Positions 13,449 through 26,169 of a stretch of 64,000 nucleotides of DNA are shown one piece after another. The notes below the pieces were generated by a model. It had not been told where the DNA came from, made no database searches, and was given only the letters and a program-made list of their open reading frames with translations. Both the position numbers and the translations under genes were made by a program. The stretch's first letter is position 1. Every line of letters begins with the position of its first letter. This stretch comes from Guillardia theta CCMP2712 (lineage: Eukaryota > Protista > Cryptophyta): the NCBI RefSeq assembly GCF_000315625.1, contig NW_005434523.1:29725-93724 (forward strand), written 5' to 3'.

Positions 13449-15049
13449 GGTAGTCGTCGTTTCATTTAAACTTGACAATCTCCTTACACCTCTTGGCTCT
13501 CCTTACAGCATATCATAACTGTCTTTTATGCACTAGCTCAACCTTCTTGAGTAAGACGAAAGCTCAGTCACCTATAGAGAAGGGAGACTGATTCCTACGA
13601 GCTCTGACAGCATCTAATCCCATAATGCTGACACTCCTGGCGCTATTCAGGTATCAACGAATTGTTTTGCTGTCTCAGACGTTGAGCAAGATGAAGATAA
13701 CAGCTGAGTGCTTTGAAACATTCAGCAGTTATTTCATGGTAAGATCCTGAATGCCTCTAAACATTCAGTAAGTGCCACCCGCGTCAGCAATGCCGTCTGG
13801 AATCTCTCAGATTCTATCTTACTTCTTGTTGCAGTGCTGGGGAATGTGGGGCTCATAGGGTTGTGGAGGGCGATATGCATCAGATTCTTTGCTTGCAGAA
13901 GGATAGAGACGAGAGGAGTTGAGGAGAGCTGAGAGGATACGTAGACAAGCTGCAGCTGCAGAGGAGTAGACTATGAAGCAGGTTGAATAGAAGCACATAA
14001 GAAGAAGAGTATGCTACAGAAAGGATTGAAGCAAGTGGACGCGGTTGGAGGTCTGAGAAGAGACAAGGTGGAGGAGGAAGAGACATGGCGGAGAAGGAAG
14101 AGACAAGTCGGAGAAGGAAGAGCAGACGGAAGACTCTGAGACTTCATTTCCGCTCTCGTTTCTTCCGCTCTGTCCGGTTGTTTTATTCGAGAGCGTCAAG
14201 ACGAGCAGATAGAAATAGCGACAATCAAACAATTTGGTCTGTAATAGTTCCCATTCGCTACCTCAGCTTTCCAAAATGACACATGCACCATCAAGACAGC
14301 CAGACAATTAAAACGTGAGCATGAAGGGCGTGAGTGAAGACAGCAAGGAGACTTGACAGTGAGATGTCGATGTTGAGAGAGAAGGACAGAACGGGCAAGA
14401 CAATATTTCACATGCTCCCCTCCCTACCTTCTTTTCAAATGGGTAGCAGACAAATGTAGAGGGAGGGCAAAAGGGCCAGGCAGAGCTGATATGAAGAGAT
14501 AAATAACGCAGATTGGTGATCCCATCCAGTAGACCTTTCGATGAGCAACCATATCACGGTTTTCAGATGGGAAGTTTCGTTCGTTTGCGATGACGAAGGA
14601 TTTATGGAAAATGCACACGAGAATACAAGAGGAGAGTCTGACGAATGGAGAGAAGGAAGAAGGAGAGAAAGGAGAATAGATCATAACGATCTTGTTAGCT
14701 TTCTTGCGCACCAAGTCATTAGCTGTGAAGTTGATCTCAGATTGTCGTGATGAATGTTCTCCACAAACGACATGGAAAGGGTGGTTGTGACTAGACTAAG
14801 TAAAGCTTCATACTGTTCACAAGATCTGCACGTTAATGACAGATAGCATTCTTCAGGTTGAAATCACCTACAGGAACCGCGTTAGAAACTAGCAAGGTTT
14901 CTTTGAGCCATTGTGTATCGTGGGCAAACAGGTTGAATCAATGAGCTGAGAATGAAGAAGAAAAGATTATGCGACGAAATGGCACAAAGTTTTAAGAATC
15001 ACACCTGAGGCAAGAGATGCGAGGGTGAGAGCAGACAAGAAAACGAGCG

Positions 15050-16010
15050 AGAAAAGATAACGTGAACAACGAGAGAGAAAGGAAAACGTGAACAACGAGA
15101 GAGAAAGGAAAACGTGAACAACGAGAGAGAAAGGAAAACGAAAGATTGAAAGAAGAAAATCAAATGAAGAGAAGAGGAGGGAAGTGAAAAAAAGACAATG
15201 CGCAGGATGTAATGAGAGGGAAGCAAGAGCGCTTTCAGTGGAAAAGTGACAAAAAAGGGAATAGGAAAAAGAGATCAACAGAGAGGACAAGGAGGGAATG
15301 AAAACGGCATTATAAAGATGATAGGAAATGGAAGCAAGATAAGTGCACAGAAATGGCCTTGCAAAACAACAATTAAGTGGAGGAAAAATGCAGAGAAGAG
15401 CAGAGAAAAGGCGAGGAGGGAAGTGGAGAGGAGAGAAGCGACCACACGACACGAAATCAGAAGGGAAGAGATAAGGAGAGAGGAGAAGAGGAGAGGAGAG
15501 GAGAGGAGAGGAGAGGAGAGGAGGGAAGAGCAGGGAAGAAGAGAAGAGAAGAGAAGAGAAGAGAAGAGAAGAGAAGAGAAGAGAAGAGAAGGAAAGAAAA
15601 GGAAAGAGAAGAGAGAAGAGCAAAGTAGAGTAGAGAAGAGAAGAACTATCGAGTGGAAGAGACAGAAAGAAAGAGGTAGGAAACCAGGGGGAAAGAAGAG
15701 GAGAGGAGAGAAGAGAAGAGAGGAGAGGAGACAAGAGGAAAGGAGAGGAGAGGAGAGGAGAGGAGAGGAGAGGAGAGGAGGGAGAGGATAGAAGGAGAGT
15801 GAGGTCTATACAAGAGAGGAAAAGCGCAAGGAGGGGAAAGCAGAGCAGACATGAGAAAACGATTCAAACGAATAAGATAGGAGACAAGAGAGGAGACAGG
15901 ATAGGATAGGATAGGATAGGATAGGATAGGATAACAAGGGAAGAGGAGAGATGAGATGAGATGACAAGGGAAGAGGAGAGATGAGATGAGATGAGATGAG
16001 AGCGCAGAGC
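15050..16010. repeat. 28-bp tandem repeat x3 (15050-15140) and pentamer microsatellites (GAGAG, GAAGA, GATAG, GATGA)
   Basis: Visible directly in the sequence. Confidence 0.85.
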
Positions 16011-17137
16011 AAAGCAGATCAGAGCAGAGGGGAGACAACACTCGAAAAGGGCTGCTAGGAAGTTCTAGATGTAATACCTCCTCCTCCACCTGCTTCCTAC
16101 CATCTGTCTTCTTGAAAGCAATTTCCCAGCTCCAGGCAACCCTGCACTCGAGGAGGCACAGGCAAATGTACAGTAAAACCTTTTTCAATCTTTTACGAGA
16201 GCCCTAGCACAGCGAGCTCACCTCAGATTGGACCTACCCAAGGTAAGGGACAGCACTCAAGGCTAGGCTTGCTGACCTACTATACTCTATGCCCTCGAGA
16301 ACGGGACTGCCTGAAGCCTACACCAGCAGGCTGCATGCCTGGCACTCTAGAGCCTCGCACAAGAATGGATGACAGGCTCTTTGTTCGATCGATGACAGGC
16401 TCTTTGCCTGTGTTGCATCGAAGTGTTGCATCGAAGTGTTGCATCGATGTAGCTGATGCTGTTCCTGTGATGCTGTTCCTGTATTCTCCCGTCAATGATA
16501 GGTAGCGACAGACTTGCAGGTGTCAGACATTGCTGCTTGGCGTTTGAAAATGAGGTTGCTGTAAAAGATTCATCTCTCTAAATGAAGTCGCTGTCTACAA
16601 CGCTTCATCTTTATATCACTGAAACCAAACTACAAAATTTGACACCAGGCGAGTTCAGCCTTCAGGGGTGGTCAAGGAAACCATCAAAGGTGGTCAGGTC
16701 CCATACGCACGAGCGATCTTGACTCGTGCGTCTCAGCTCACATCACAGAAAAGGCCAGAAGGTTTAAGGACTCCTCCTCCATGACTCCCACACGCGATCA
16801 TTACCGAAGGTTGTGTGTACAACAAGTATCCTCCTTTTGCGTTCCCTTCAGACATTCATGGTCCATCACTCAGAAACCGTCAGCCCCTTGTAACTCGTGC
16901 AGATTGCAAACAAGGCTCTGAGAAAGATTGTTGTCTGAACCCGTCGCCACATACCTCGGCTGCCGTACACCTTCCGACCTTTCAAGCTCTCGAGCAGCTT
17001 TTGCGAAAGAACACATTTGACTGGTTGGAATGACTCATGCTTGTTGCTCTAGTGCACAAGTGACAGACTGCCTACCAATCTTTATCAATCCAATGACAGA
17101 ACCTCTCGTGCCTATGAAATGCCAAGGAGTGTAGGGA

Positions 17138-20100
17138 ATCATCCCTCACGTCCTCGAGGTAGGAAGGGGGCGAGTCTCGCGGGTCATTTTGCCTGCGGGA
17201 GCCCGGCGCTTGTCGCGAGCCGGGGCTTGAAGCATGCAAGCAAGCGGGGCAGGCTGCAGAGGGTAGACAGAAGAAGGGGAAAGGGCGGGAAATGCATTTT
17301 TGTGCTGCTCACACAAAGCCCCTCCCTGCACGAGCTTGACGATCAGCCTCGTCCTTGGAGGCGGACTGCTTCGGCCTCTTCCCTCCAATGGCAAGGTGAC
17401 TTATTTTCCCCATGACAAGAGCTCAAGAGACGGCGAGAAATCAACAGCACGACCATCATCCATGACACGACGATACATGTAAAACACAAGACAAGACAAG
17501 TCGAGACATGAAGCATCGAGGGTCATACACCACGACAAGATGCCCAAGCATACGTGCAGGACACCATTGTAACGTGACAGAGTACAAGACCTCAACCCAT
17601 GGCAAAGAGCAGAGGACACTATTCCAGTCTATCTTCCGCAGCAGCGACATACACAAGTCACCAGGAACGGAAGCAGGCAGGCAGGGAAGAAGAGGGGAGC
17701 AAGCAACTGGTCCAAGGGAGGGGTATGGTACCCAACCTCGTCCTCCTAGGCGAGGGCAGCTCCGTTGATCTGTCCCCGTCGGTCCCTCTGGTGGTTGTGA
17801 TCCGATGACAAGCCATGGGGATGAGAGTTTCAAGAGTGAAGCTTTGTCTCAACGAGAAGGTACTAAGGCGAGGGAAAACAGCAACCGAGATGTAGAGAAG
17901 CACAGAGACAGGAAAGGCCTATTTGTAATCATCCCACCACAGACGTGAGGGTGAGACATCAGGTCCCTCTGGACGCATGAGAGCTACTTCGTAAAAAAAA
18001 CTGTTGAACAATCGGGGTCAAACATTCCGATCGTAACGTGACGGTCATTCTCAGAGCCTGCATGTGTGTGACCTGCTGACTGAACATCGCCGATCGCAAC
18101 GTGATAGGAATGTCATGTCCCGCGAAGGAAGCATTGAAAGACTGACGAGCTGACGTTCATAGTGAGGATCAATACTTCTAGTCTACCTTGAAACGACGGT
18201 GCGGATCTTGAGATGCCGATAGTAACGTGACCATAACTTCACAACGCAAACAAAAAGAGACAAGTCAGCAACCTAACGACAAGCTTGCGGACAGCTTCGC
18301 GACTCCCCTGGTCGACAAGTCGAAACATGGTCTTTCGTCCTCCTCTCTCCAACTCCTTGAGCTACCCAGGGGGTAGCTAAACTTGCAGCCATCGCAGGAC
18401 ACGAGGTTTATTTGCAATACAGCGTCAATCATGCTTGGTGGTGTCTTTGTTCTTGAAGGATAACGGAAGAGGAAATATAGAGATACCGTGAACAAACAGA
18501 CATCAAGCATGCGAGCTTGCTTAGAATCAGAATCAAGTTTTGCAGGCGAAAACAACATAGAGAGCCAGCGGAGGAGGGGGAAAGGTCAGGGTCGAAGATC
18601 CAAGACCGACACGGAGAGGTAATGAGCCAGACTGCCATCTTGCTCAATCTCTGTCACGCTGTCACGTTGATCAGGTTAACTTTATACTGAAACTCTTCAG
18701 TTCATCAAGGACACTGTGCTGTTGGCTGATGTTTTTCTTGACCGCAGCCCATCGATCAAGCTGTACAAAGCAGTTTTGGAGAGCAGGTCAGGAAACATGC
18801 ACATGCTGTGCTGCGATGCTAGAGCACAACATTAGCAGGGCATCTTACTACAGCTCGCTGGGATCCCCTACAGCAGCCGGCTCAGTGCAGCCAAGGCTGC
18901 CAGGCCAGACAAGGCTAGCTCGTCAGCCTGTCCAGCCTTGAGCGTGGCTCGAGGCCTGAGGGCTGCTGCAAGGTCGATTGCACGACGAGGTTGTCCGATG
19001 CCTGTGGCTCGCGATGGTGGGGTAGGGAAGGCGGTATGGAAGTGGAGACCATGAGACGTCGGCAAGCCAGCGCGGAGACTTTGAGGCAGAGGAGAAGGCT
19101 TCAAGCGACATACAAGTACCGATCATCGCCCCGAGCTTGTAGCCATATATGCCTAGAGAGCCTGCTCGCAGCCCTCATCTCACAAGGAGAGGCGGGATGC
19201 TTGCTGACCAGCTCCCGGCGCTTGAGAGAGGCATGATGAGGTACCACACAGCTCATTGACTGCTCATAGTTGACGATCACGTTACCATCGGCATTGGAAG
19301 TAAACTATGGTCTCGGATCTCATCAGGTCCGATGTGAGGGACGATCACGTTACCATCGGCATGGTTGAGTCAGCAGGTCACTGAGCCGGAGGTCGAGGAG
19401 AGCTGGAAGGGACGAGGATAGCGGTCACGGCATACTGAAGCGACCGTCAAGCCCGCGGCACGTTACGATCGGCATCTGAGATCACGTTACCGTCGGCATG
19501 TTTGTCGCCAATATTGCCAGTGGTCTTTTTTCGACACTGGAGGGGGTGGTGCTTTCATGCTCCAGGAGGTAGGGGTAGGCTCAGATCGGAGGGGAACGAC
19601 GGGGACAGATCAATGGAGCTGCCCTCGCCTAGGAGGACGAGGTTGGGTACCATACCCCTCCCTTGGACCAGTTGCTTGCTCCCCTCTTCTTCCCTGCCTG
19701 CCTGCTTCCGTTCCTGGTGACTTGTGTATGTCGCTGCTGCGGAAGATAGACTGGAATGGTGTCCTCTGCTCTTTGCCATGGGTTGAGGTCTTGTACTCTG
19801 TCACGTTACAATGGTGTCCTGCACGTATGCTTGGGCATCTTGTCGCGGTGTATGACCCTCGATGCTTCATGTCTCGACTTGTCTTGTCTCGACTTGTCTT
19901 GTCTTGTGTTTTACATGTATTGTCGTGTCATGGATTATTGCCCATGGCGACGGGACACGTGCGTTTCGCCCCTCGGGCGAATCTGGCTTGCCTTCGCTTT
20001 CCAGACTGTGCATACGTAGAGCCATGCATCGATATCCGGCAGCAGCAACGATGTTTGGTGACGTACACAGCTCTGATTGGTGTGGCGATGTCATTCTAGA

Positions 20101-22640
20101 ACGAGCAAGGATCAGGATCTCAGACACAAGACCGGACGCACAAGACGAGCCAAAGAGAGGAGCGAGAAGACCACAAGCCAACACAAGCAGGCGAAGGCCA
20201 GGGTCTGAAGATGCACTCTAGGGTAGGACAATGCAGGAAAACGACATGACGCAAGCTTGCTGGTAGAGGCAACAGACCTACGCAAGATCCTCGCTCAGCT
20301 GCCGTCTCCGTCCCTCTTCGGCATGCTCTGACGGTAGCGCTGAGACGTCAGGCCTGAAGGGGTTAAGTTTATTAAAGTTAACCTGATCATCCTTCTTTCT
20401 CAAAGGCTCTCGAGCGCACGAGGACTAAGAGGCAGAGATGAAGCTTGTTCAGACAGCAACCTCATCTCCAATCCGACCATGTAGCAAACTTGGATTTCTC
20501 CAAGTCTTGACGAGAGAAAGTTTTCCAAGCGATGTCACGTTGATGCCATATGAACAGCACCTTTGTTTATTGATAAGAGATTGAGCAAGATGGCAGTCTG
20601 GCTCATTACCTCTCCGTGTCGGTCTTGGATCTTCGATCCTGACCTTTCCCCCTCCTCCGCTGGCTCTCTATGTTGTTTTTCCGTGCAAAACTTGATTCTG
20701 ATTCTAAGCAAGCTCGCATGCTTGATGTCTGTTTGTTCACGGTATCTCTATATTTCCTCTTCCGTTATCCTTCAAGAACAAAGACACCACCAAGCATGAT
20801 TGACGCTGTATTGCAAATAAACCTCGTGTCCTGCGATGGCTGCAAGTTTAGCTACCCCCTGGGTAGCTCAAGGAGTTGGAGAGAGGAGGACGAAAGACCA
20901 TGTTTCGACTTGTCGACCAGGGGAGTCGCGAAGCTGTCCGCAAGCTTGTCGTTAGGTTGCTGACTTGTCTCTTTTTGTTTGCGTTGTGAAGTTATGGTCA
21001 CGTTACTATCGGCATCTCAAGATCCGAACCGTCGCTTCAAGGTTGACATTCCTATCACGTTGCGATCGGCGATGTTGAGTCAGCAGGTCACACACATGCA
21101 GGGTCTGAGAATGACCGTCACGTTACGATCGGAATGTTTGACCCCCATTATTCAACAGTTGTTTTTCGAAGCGGCTCTCATGCGTCCAGAGGGACCTGAT
21201 GTCTCACCCTCCCGTCTTTGGTGGGATGATTACAAATAGGCCTTTCCTGTCTCTGTGCTTCTCTACATCTTGTTTGCTGTTTTCCCTCGCCTTAGTACCT
21301 TCTCGTTGAGACAAAGCTTCACTCTTGAAACTCTCATCCCCATGGCTTGTCATCGGATCACAACCACCAGAGGGACCGACGGGGACAGATCAACGGAGCT
21401 GCCCTCGCCTAGGAGGACGAGGTTGGGTACCATACCCCTCCCTTGGACCAGTTGCTTGCTCCCCTCTTCTTCCCTGCCTGCCTGCTTCCGTTCCTGGTGA
21501 CTTGTGTATGTCGCTGCTGCGGAAGATAGACTGGAATAGTGTCCTGCACGTATGCTTGGGCATCTTGTCGCGGTGTATGGCCCTCGATGCTTCATGTCTC
21601 GACTTGTCTTGTCTTGTGTTTTACATGTATCGTCGTGTCATGGATGATGGTCGAGAGGTGTTGCAGTCTGCTTGTCGCTGTCATGGCGTCTTGTGGCATG
21701 CTCTGCACTTGTTGTTTCTTCGCCCACGGTTCATCATCGGCACTTGCGCTGTTGGCTGCTGTCTTGCTTGACCGCAGCCCATCGATCAAGCTGTACAAAG
21801 CAGCTTTGGAGAGCAGGTCAGAGAACATGTACAAGCTGTGCTGCCATGCCGCTGGGACATGAAGCTCTTGGCTTAGCACGTGCACTAGGCATATGCGGTA
21901 TGGTCGACAGCAAGTCTGTCGAGCTTTGCAAGTAAACCTCACACATCCTACCCTTCCCTTGTGTACCGCCCAGTGCACGCCCTCTCCCCTCCTTCTGTCT
22001 ACCCTCTGCAGCCTGCCCCGCTTGCTTGCATGCTTCAAGCCCCGGCTCGCGACAAGCGCCGGGCTCCAGCAGGCAAAGCAACCCGCGAGGCTCGCTCCCT
22101 TCCTACCTCGAGGACGTGAGGGATGATCCCCCACAGCAGCCGGCTCAGTGCAGCCACAGACAAGGCTAGCTCGTCAGCCTGTCCAGCCTTGAGCGTGGCT
22201 CGAGGCCTGAGAAAGCACGACGAGGTTGTCCGATGCCTGTGGCTCGTCGCTGGACACTCGGAGGCGGACTCGGCACGACCTTACAGGCGTGGTGTAGCGT
22301 AGCACAAGGCCTGGGCCTGACGCTCCTCTGCTCGTGGCCTGCGTGTGCCCATCACGTGACCATCAAGCTCGCGATGGTGGGGTAGGGAAAGGCGGTATGG
22401 AAGAGGAGGTTTGGATCAGCAGGCAGAGGGAGTGGAGGCGATGGCTGCAGGTAGCGATGCTGACGATGAGACGTCGGCAAGCCAGCGCGGAGACTTTGAG
22501 GCAGAGGAGAAGGCTTCCAGCGACATACAAGTACCGATCATCGCCCCGAACTTGTAGCCATATATGCCTAGAGAGCCTGCTCGCAGCCCTCATCTCACAA
22601 GGAGAGGCGGGATGCTTGCTGACCAGCTCACGGCGCTTGA
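17138..22640. repeat. Mosaic of inverted and direct segmental repeats with no long ORF
   Basis: ~17450-18650 is inverted at ~20578-21655. ~17138-17283 is inverted at ~21981-22128. ~19596-19935 is a third copy of part of 17460-17780. Pieces of ~18738-19222 recur directly at ~21766-22640. Duplicated ORF translations confirm these matches. Confidence 0.85.
19276..19499 (+). promoter_or_regulatory. Cluster of four co-oriented X-box-like motifs plus TGAGTCAGCA
   Basis: Motif at 19276, 19344, 19459 and 19481; TGAGTCAGCA at 19366. Confidence 0.5.
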
Positions 22641-22979
22641 CAAACGAGTTGCTGACGCAAGCAATGTATTCCAATGGTCTCAACAATGTCTCTAAAAGAC
22701 GTCTGGTAGTCCGCTACGTAAGCATCCTTGTCTTCTACAGTTGCGTTTATGTTGTATTCGTCTTCTTCTTTTTGTCTACTTGACTCTTTCTGCGTTGTCT
22801 CCTCCGCCACTCTGCGTCTCTTGAGATCTTGCTCTTTGCTCGTCCTCTTGTAGTCTGCTCTTCGTCTCTAGTCGTCTTGGATCAAGCTCTGGACTTCTAC
22901 CCTTGTGAGTGCCCCGATGCTTTCGTCTGCTGACGCATCGGTCTTGCCTATCTCATCTTCATCTCCTCAGGTGACCTCT

Positions 22980-23357
22980 ACTTCGTGCCTGGTCATGACT
23001 CTTGCTCGTCTTCGTGCCTGGTCATAACTCTTGCTCGTCTTCGTGCCTGGTCATGACTCTTGCTCTTCTTCGTGCCTGGTCATGACTCTTGCTCGTCTTC
23101 GTGCCTCGTCATGACTCTTGCTCGTCTTCGTGCCTGGTCATGACTCTTGCTCGTCTTCGTGCCTGGTCATGACTCTTGCTCGTCTTCGTGCCTGGTCATG
23201 ACTCTTGCTCGTCTTCGTGCCTCGTCATGACTCTTGCTCGTCTTCGTGCCTCGTCATGACTCTTGCTCGTCTTCGTGCCTGGTCATGACTCTTGCTCGTC
23301 TTCGTGCCTGGTCATGACTCTTGCTCGTCTTCATGCCTGGTCATGACTCTTGCTCTT
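22980..23357 (+). repeat. 29-bp minisatellite (CTTCGTGCCTSGTCATGACTCTTGCTCGT), about 13 copies
   Basis: Head-to-tail units with no spacers; CTGG and CTCG variants. Confidence 0.95.
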
Positions 23358-24021
23358 CTCTCTTGAGCTTCTCGTCTTCATCTCGCTGTGCAGTAAATTC
23401 CAGACCAGGACAGGCCCTTTGCCAGCCTCGAAATAACCAGCCGTCAAGTAGAGCTTTGCTAGTAAGCTTCACATCCTACCCTTCCCCTGTGTACCCCCCA
23501 TTGCAGGCTACCATGGGGGTTCTTGGCCATGATGGTGACTTGGGAAGGAGCGACAAGAGTAAAGGAGGGACCGAGAAGTTGTATGAGGAGGTTTGGATCA
23601 GCAGGTAGAGGGAGCGTTTGCAATGGCTGTCAGTGCAGGTGTGGCAAGGATTGATTGTAGCTCGAGAGGTCGGAGAGAGGGGGCGAGAGATGACGAGGAG
23701 GGTTGTACAGCTGGACGAGAGCAGAGGGAGGCCGGAGAGCTAGTTCAAAGAGTAGGGAAGGATGATCGACTCGAAGAGGAGATGACAGTGAGAAGGGTAG
23801 GGGAGGACTTACGATCAGACGGTGCCGGACTAGCGATGAGACTCGGAGGTCGAGGCGGTGAGCCTTGAAGCGGCATGGAGGTATTGATCAGCGCTCCTAT
23901 CTCGTAGCCATCTGCACGCCTACTTGCGGCTCTAGTGCCTGGAGCGAGAGAGAAGGCGATAGACGTCATGAAGTTTACCACGGGACGTGACAGCTTGCGG
24001 ACTAGACTTGCGGTCGTGGTT

Positions 24022-24770
24022 GTCACGTTACCATCGGCATCTCAAGATCAAGGCTCTACGTCTCCCCCGGTAGTCTCGGAGTCTACCTCCGTGTAAGGCG
24101 GTCAGAAGCTCTTCTGTGCCGCCCTGAGGCGTTGGCAGGCTTCAAGCAGACCCGCTCCTCTCTCCCCCAGTCGCGAGGGGACATGCAAGCGATGACACAA
24201 CCCCCCCCACCTGACCTGACAAAATCTTACGTCAGAAGAGAGCAGGGATAATGGACCTGATGTTTGCTCCGGCTGATCATGTTACCGTCGGCATTGTTGA
24301 GTCAGCAGGTAGCAGAGACGGAAACCTTGCCGGTCATAGGCAACGCATTGGACAACAAGTTACCAACCGACTGTCGTACCGGTGGTCACGTGATCAGACT
24401 TGAGTGGCGATCACGTTACGATCGGGATGTAGTCCACGTTACCATTGGCATCGACTGAAGAAGTCCGGCTGTCAGACATCAGGGCTATACAGAGGGGTCC
24501 CTTGGAGAGGAAACTTGAGTCAGCAGGATTGGGGTGGGTGGGCAGAGAGGGCGATTGGACGGTGAAGAATTGGGAGGGTTGAAGGAGCCTGGAAGCTCAT
24601 CGAAGAGACGATCGTCGTTTGTGCGAGGCGGACCTTTGTCGGGCAATTTTGACTGATCACGTGGCCATCGGCTTTTCTGAGTCAATCATCACGTGACCAT
24701 CGGCTTTTCTGAGATAGTGGTCACGTTACCATCGGCATCTGAAGTAGATCTGAGAGATGTTGAGTCAGCA
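24022..24770 (+). promoter_or_regulatory. Cluster of about 7 co-oriented X-box-like motif variants and 3 TGAGTCAGCA
   Basis: Motif variants at ~24022, 24276, 24410, 24435, 24656, 24688 and 24720; TGAGTCAGCA at 24298, 24516 and 24761. Confidence 0.5.
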
Positions 24771-26169
24771 GGTCACTCTGTTGATGGTTGTCACGCGAGG
24801 TCTGAGGACCGTGGAACAACCGGCTCAAGGCTTTTCGTCTTGTCATCATCGGTCCCTTGGACTCCACGTGATGCGAGATTTGACGTCAGGCTCATCTTGG
24901 AACAAACAAGGACGAGGAGAGTGAACTTGGGATCCGTTGCATACCATCGTTCACGGTCGCGAGGCTAGACGTTTTACAGCAAGAATTTTTCTGCGACATC
25001 CAATCTTGAAGCACTGGCATTCTGAAGTGGAAGCAACAGTTCATCCAACTCTCCCTGTAACTTTGCAGAACCCGAAAGAAATTTTTCACTTTGTAACTCG
25101 GGATGACTGTCCAGGCTTCGAAACAAAGAATCCAAAACAAAATCGCCGAAATCAAATGTTGTCTTCAGAAAAATCGAATCACGAATCCGAATCAGGCGTA
25201 ATAATCTGAGAACAAAGAGAAAATTTTCTCTTTGCAATCGAATCACTCCCCACCTCACTGGCCAGATACTATTCAGTCCAAAGATCTCCCGCAACACTGA
25301 GCCCAAGTACACCTTAGATTCTCACACCACACGAGTAGCTCTCCAACCACTCAGATGTACAACCTTGCAACACTCAAAGTTGGACTCACAGATCGGTCGG
25401 TCAACAACACCAATGCTTTTTTTGTCCACAGCAACTTCCTCCCCTTCACTCCCTTGCGTCCACCCTCAATGCACACCCCGCGCTCCACGTGTCCTCTTAC
25501 CTTTCCCTCCACTGATGAGAAACGTTCCCCTGAACTTGTCATCGTCTTCAAGAGGTTATCCGGGTTTTTACAATAACCTCTCTTGAGTTGCAAAACTTCT
25601 TGAACTTGGTGAAGTATTGTTGTTTCTCGAGTTCGACATTCTTTCTCACAAAGGGCAGTAGAAGCAGCGTAAGGTGTGAAGAAGCAGAAGCACAAGACAA
25701 AGGTCATTGATCGGTGCAGTACAAGAGCTCGGGCTTGTAGCACGAGGAAAGCAAGGAGAGGTAGCTCATTCACTGCAGTAGCTGGTTAACTGTTGGCTGC
25801 CGACTAAGACTGGTCACCTTCAAGCCGCCGACAATGAGTTGACAGTAAGTTCAGTATCAAACACATTCCTTGACTCTGCGTAAACCAGGCAAACCAGATT
25901 AGCATGCAAACGCTAGTCTCCTGGGACTTGCCCTCGTTGCATCCTGACGATAAGAGGAAACCTGTGTAGAAAAAGAGTAAACGATGCAGTGGCAACAAAT
26001 GTGATTGACTAGTGCTACTGCTACTGCTGCTACTAGCTTGACGATGGTTGCAAACACGCCAAACCATGCAAGCGTAAATCATCAATCATTCATTAAATTG
26101 TGTAAAACAATGCAGAGCAGCAAGTAAGCTATACCCCACCAAGCTCTGTTAAATGAAAACCTGCCAGCT

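Noticed and set aside
13560-16260. Possible fragmented minus-strand gene (e.g. FVIANERNFPSENRDMVAHRKVYWMGSPIC)
   Set aside because: I could not build a consistent exon chain or recognise a domain.
19276-19499. Motif copies separated by unique sequence, resembling a CRISPR array
   Set aside because: Spacing is very irregular (a few bp to ~100 bp), the repeats are ~20 bp and degenerate, there are no cas genes, and the context is eukaryotic.
22980-23357. 29-bp repeat as a CRISPR repeat
   Set aside because: The units are head-to-tail with no spacers, so it is a minisatellite.
24892-25773. Short ORFs as transposase or pol remnants
   Set aside because: No recognisable catalytic motif, and the frame is not conserved in the inverted partner.
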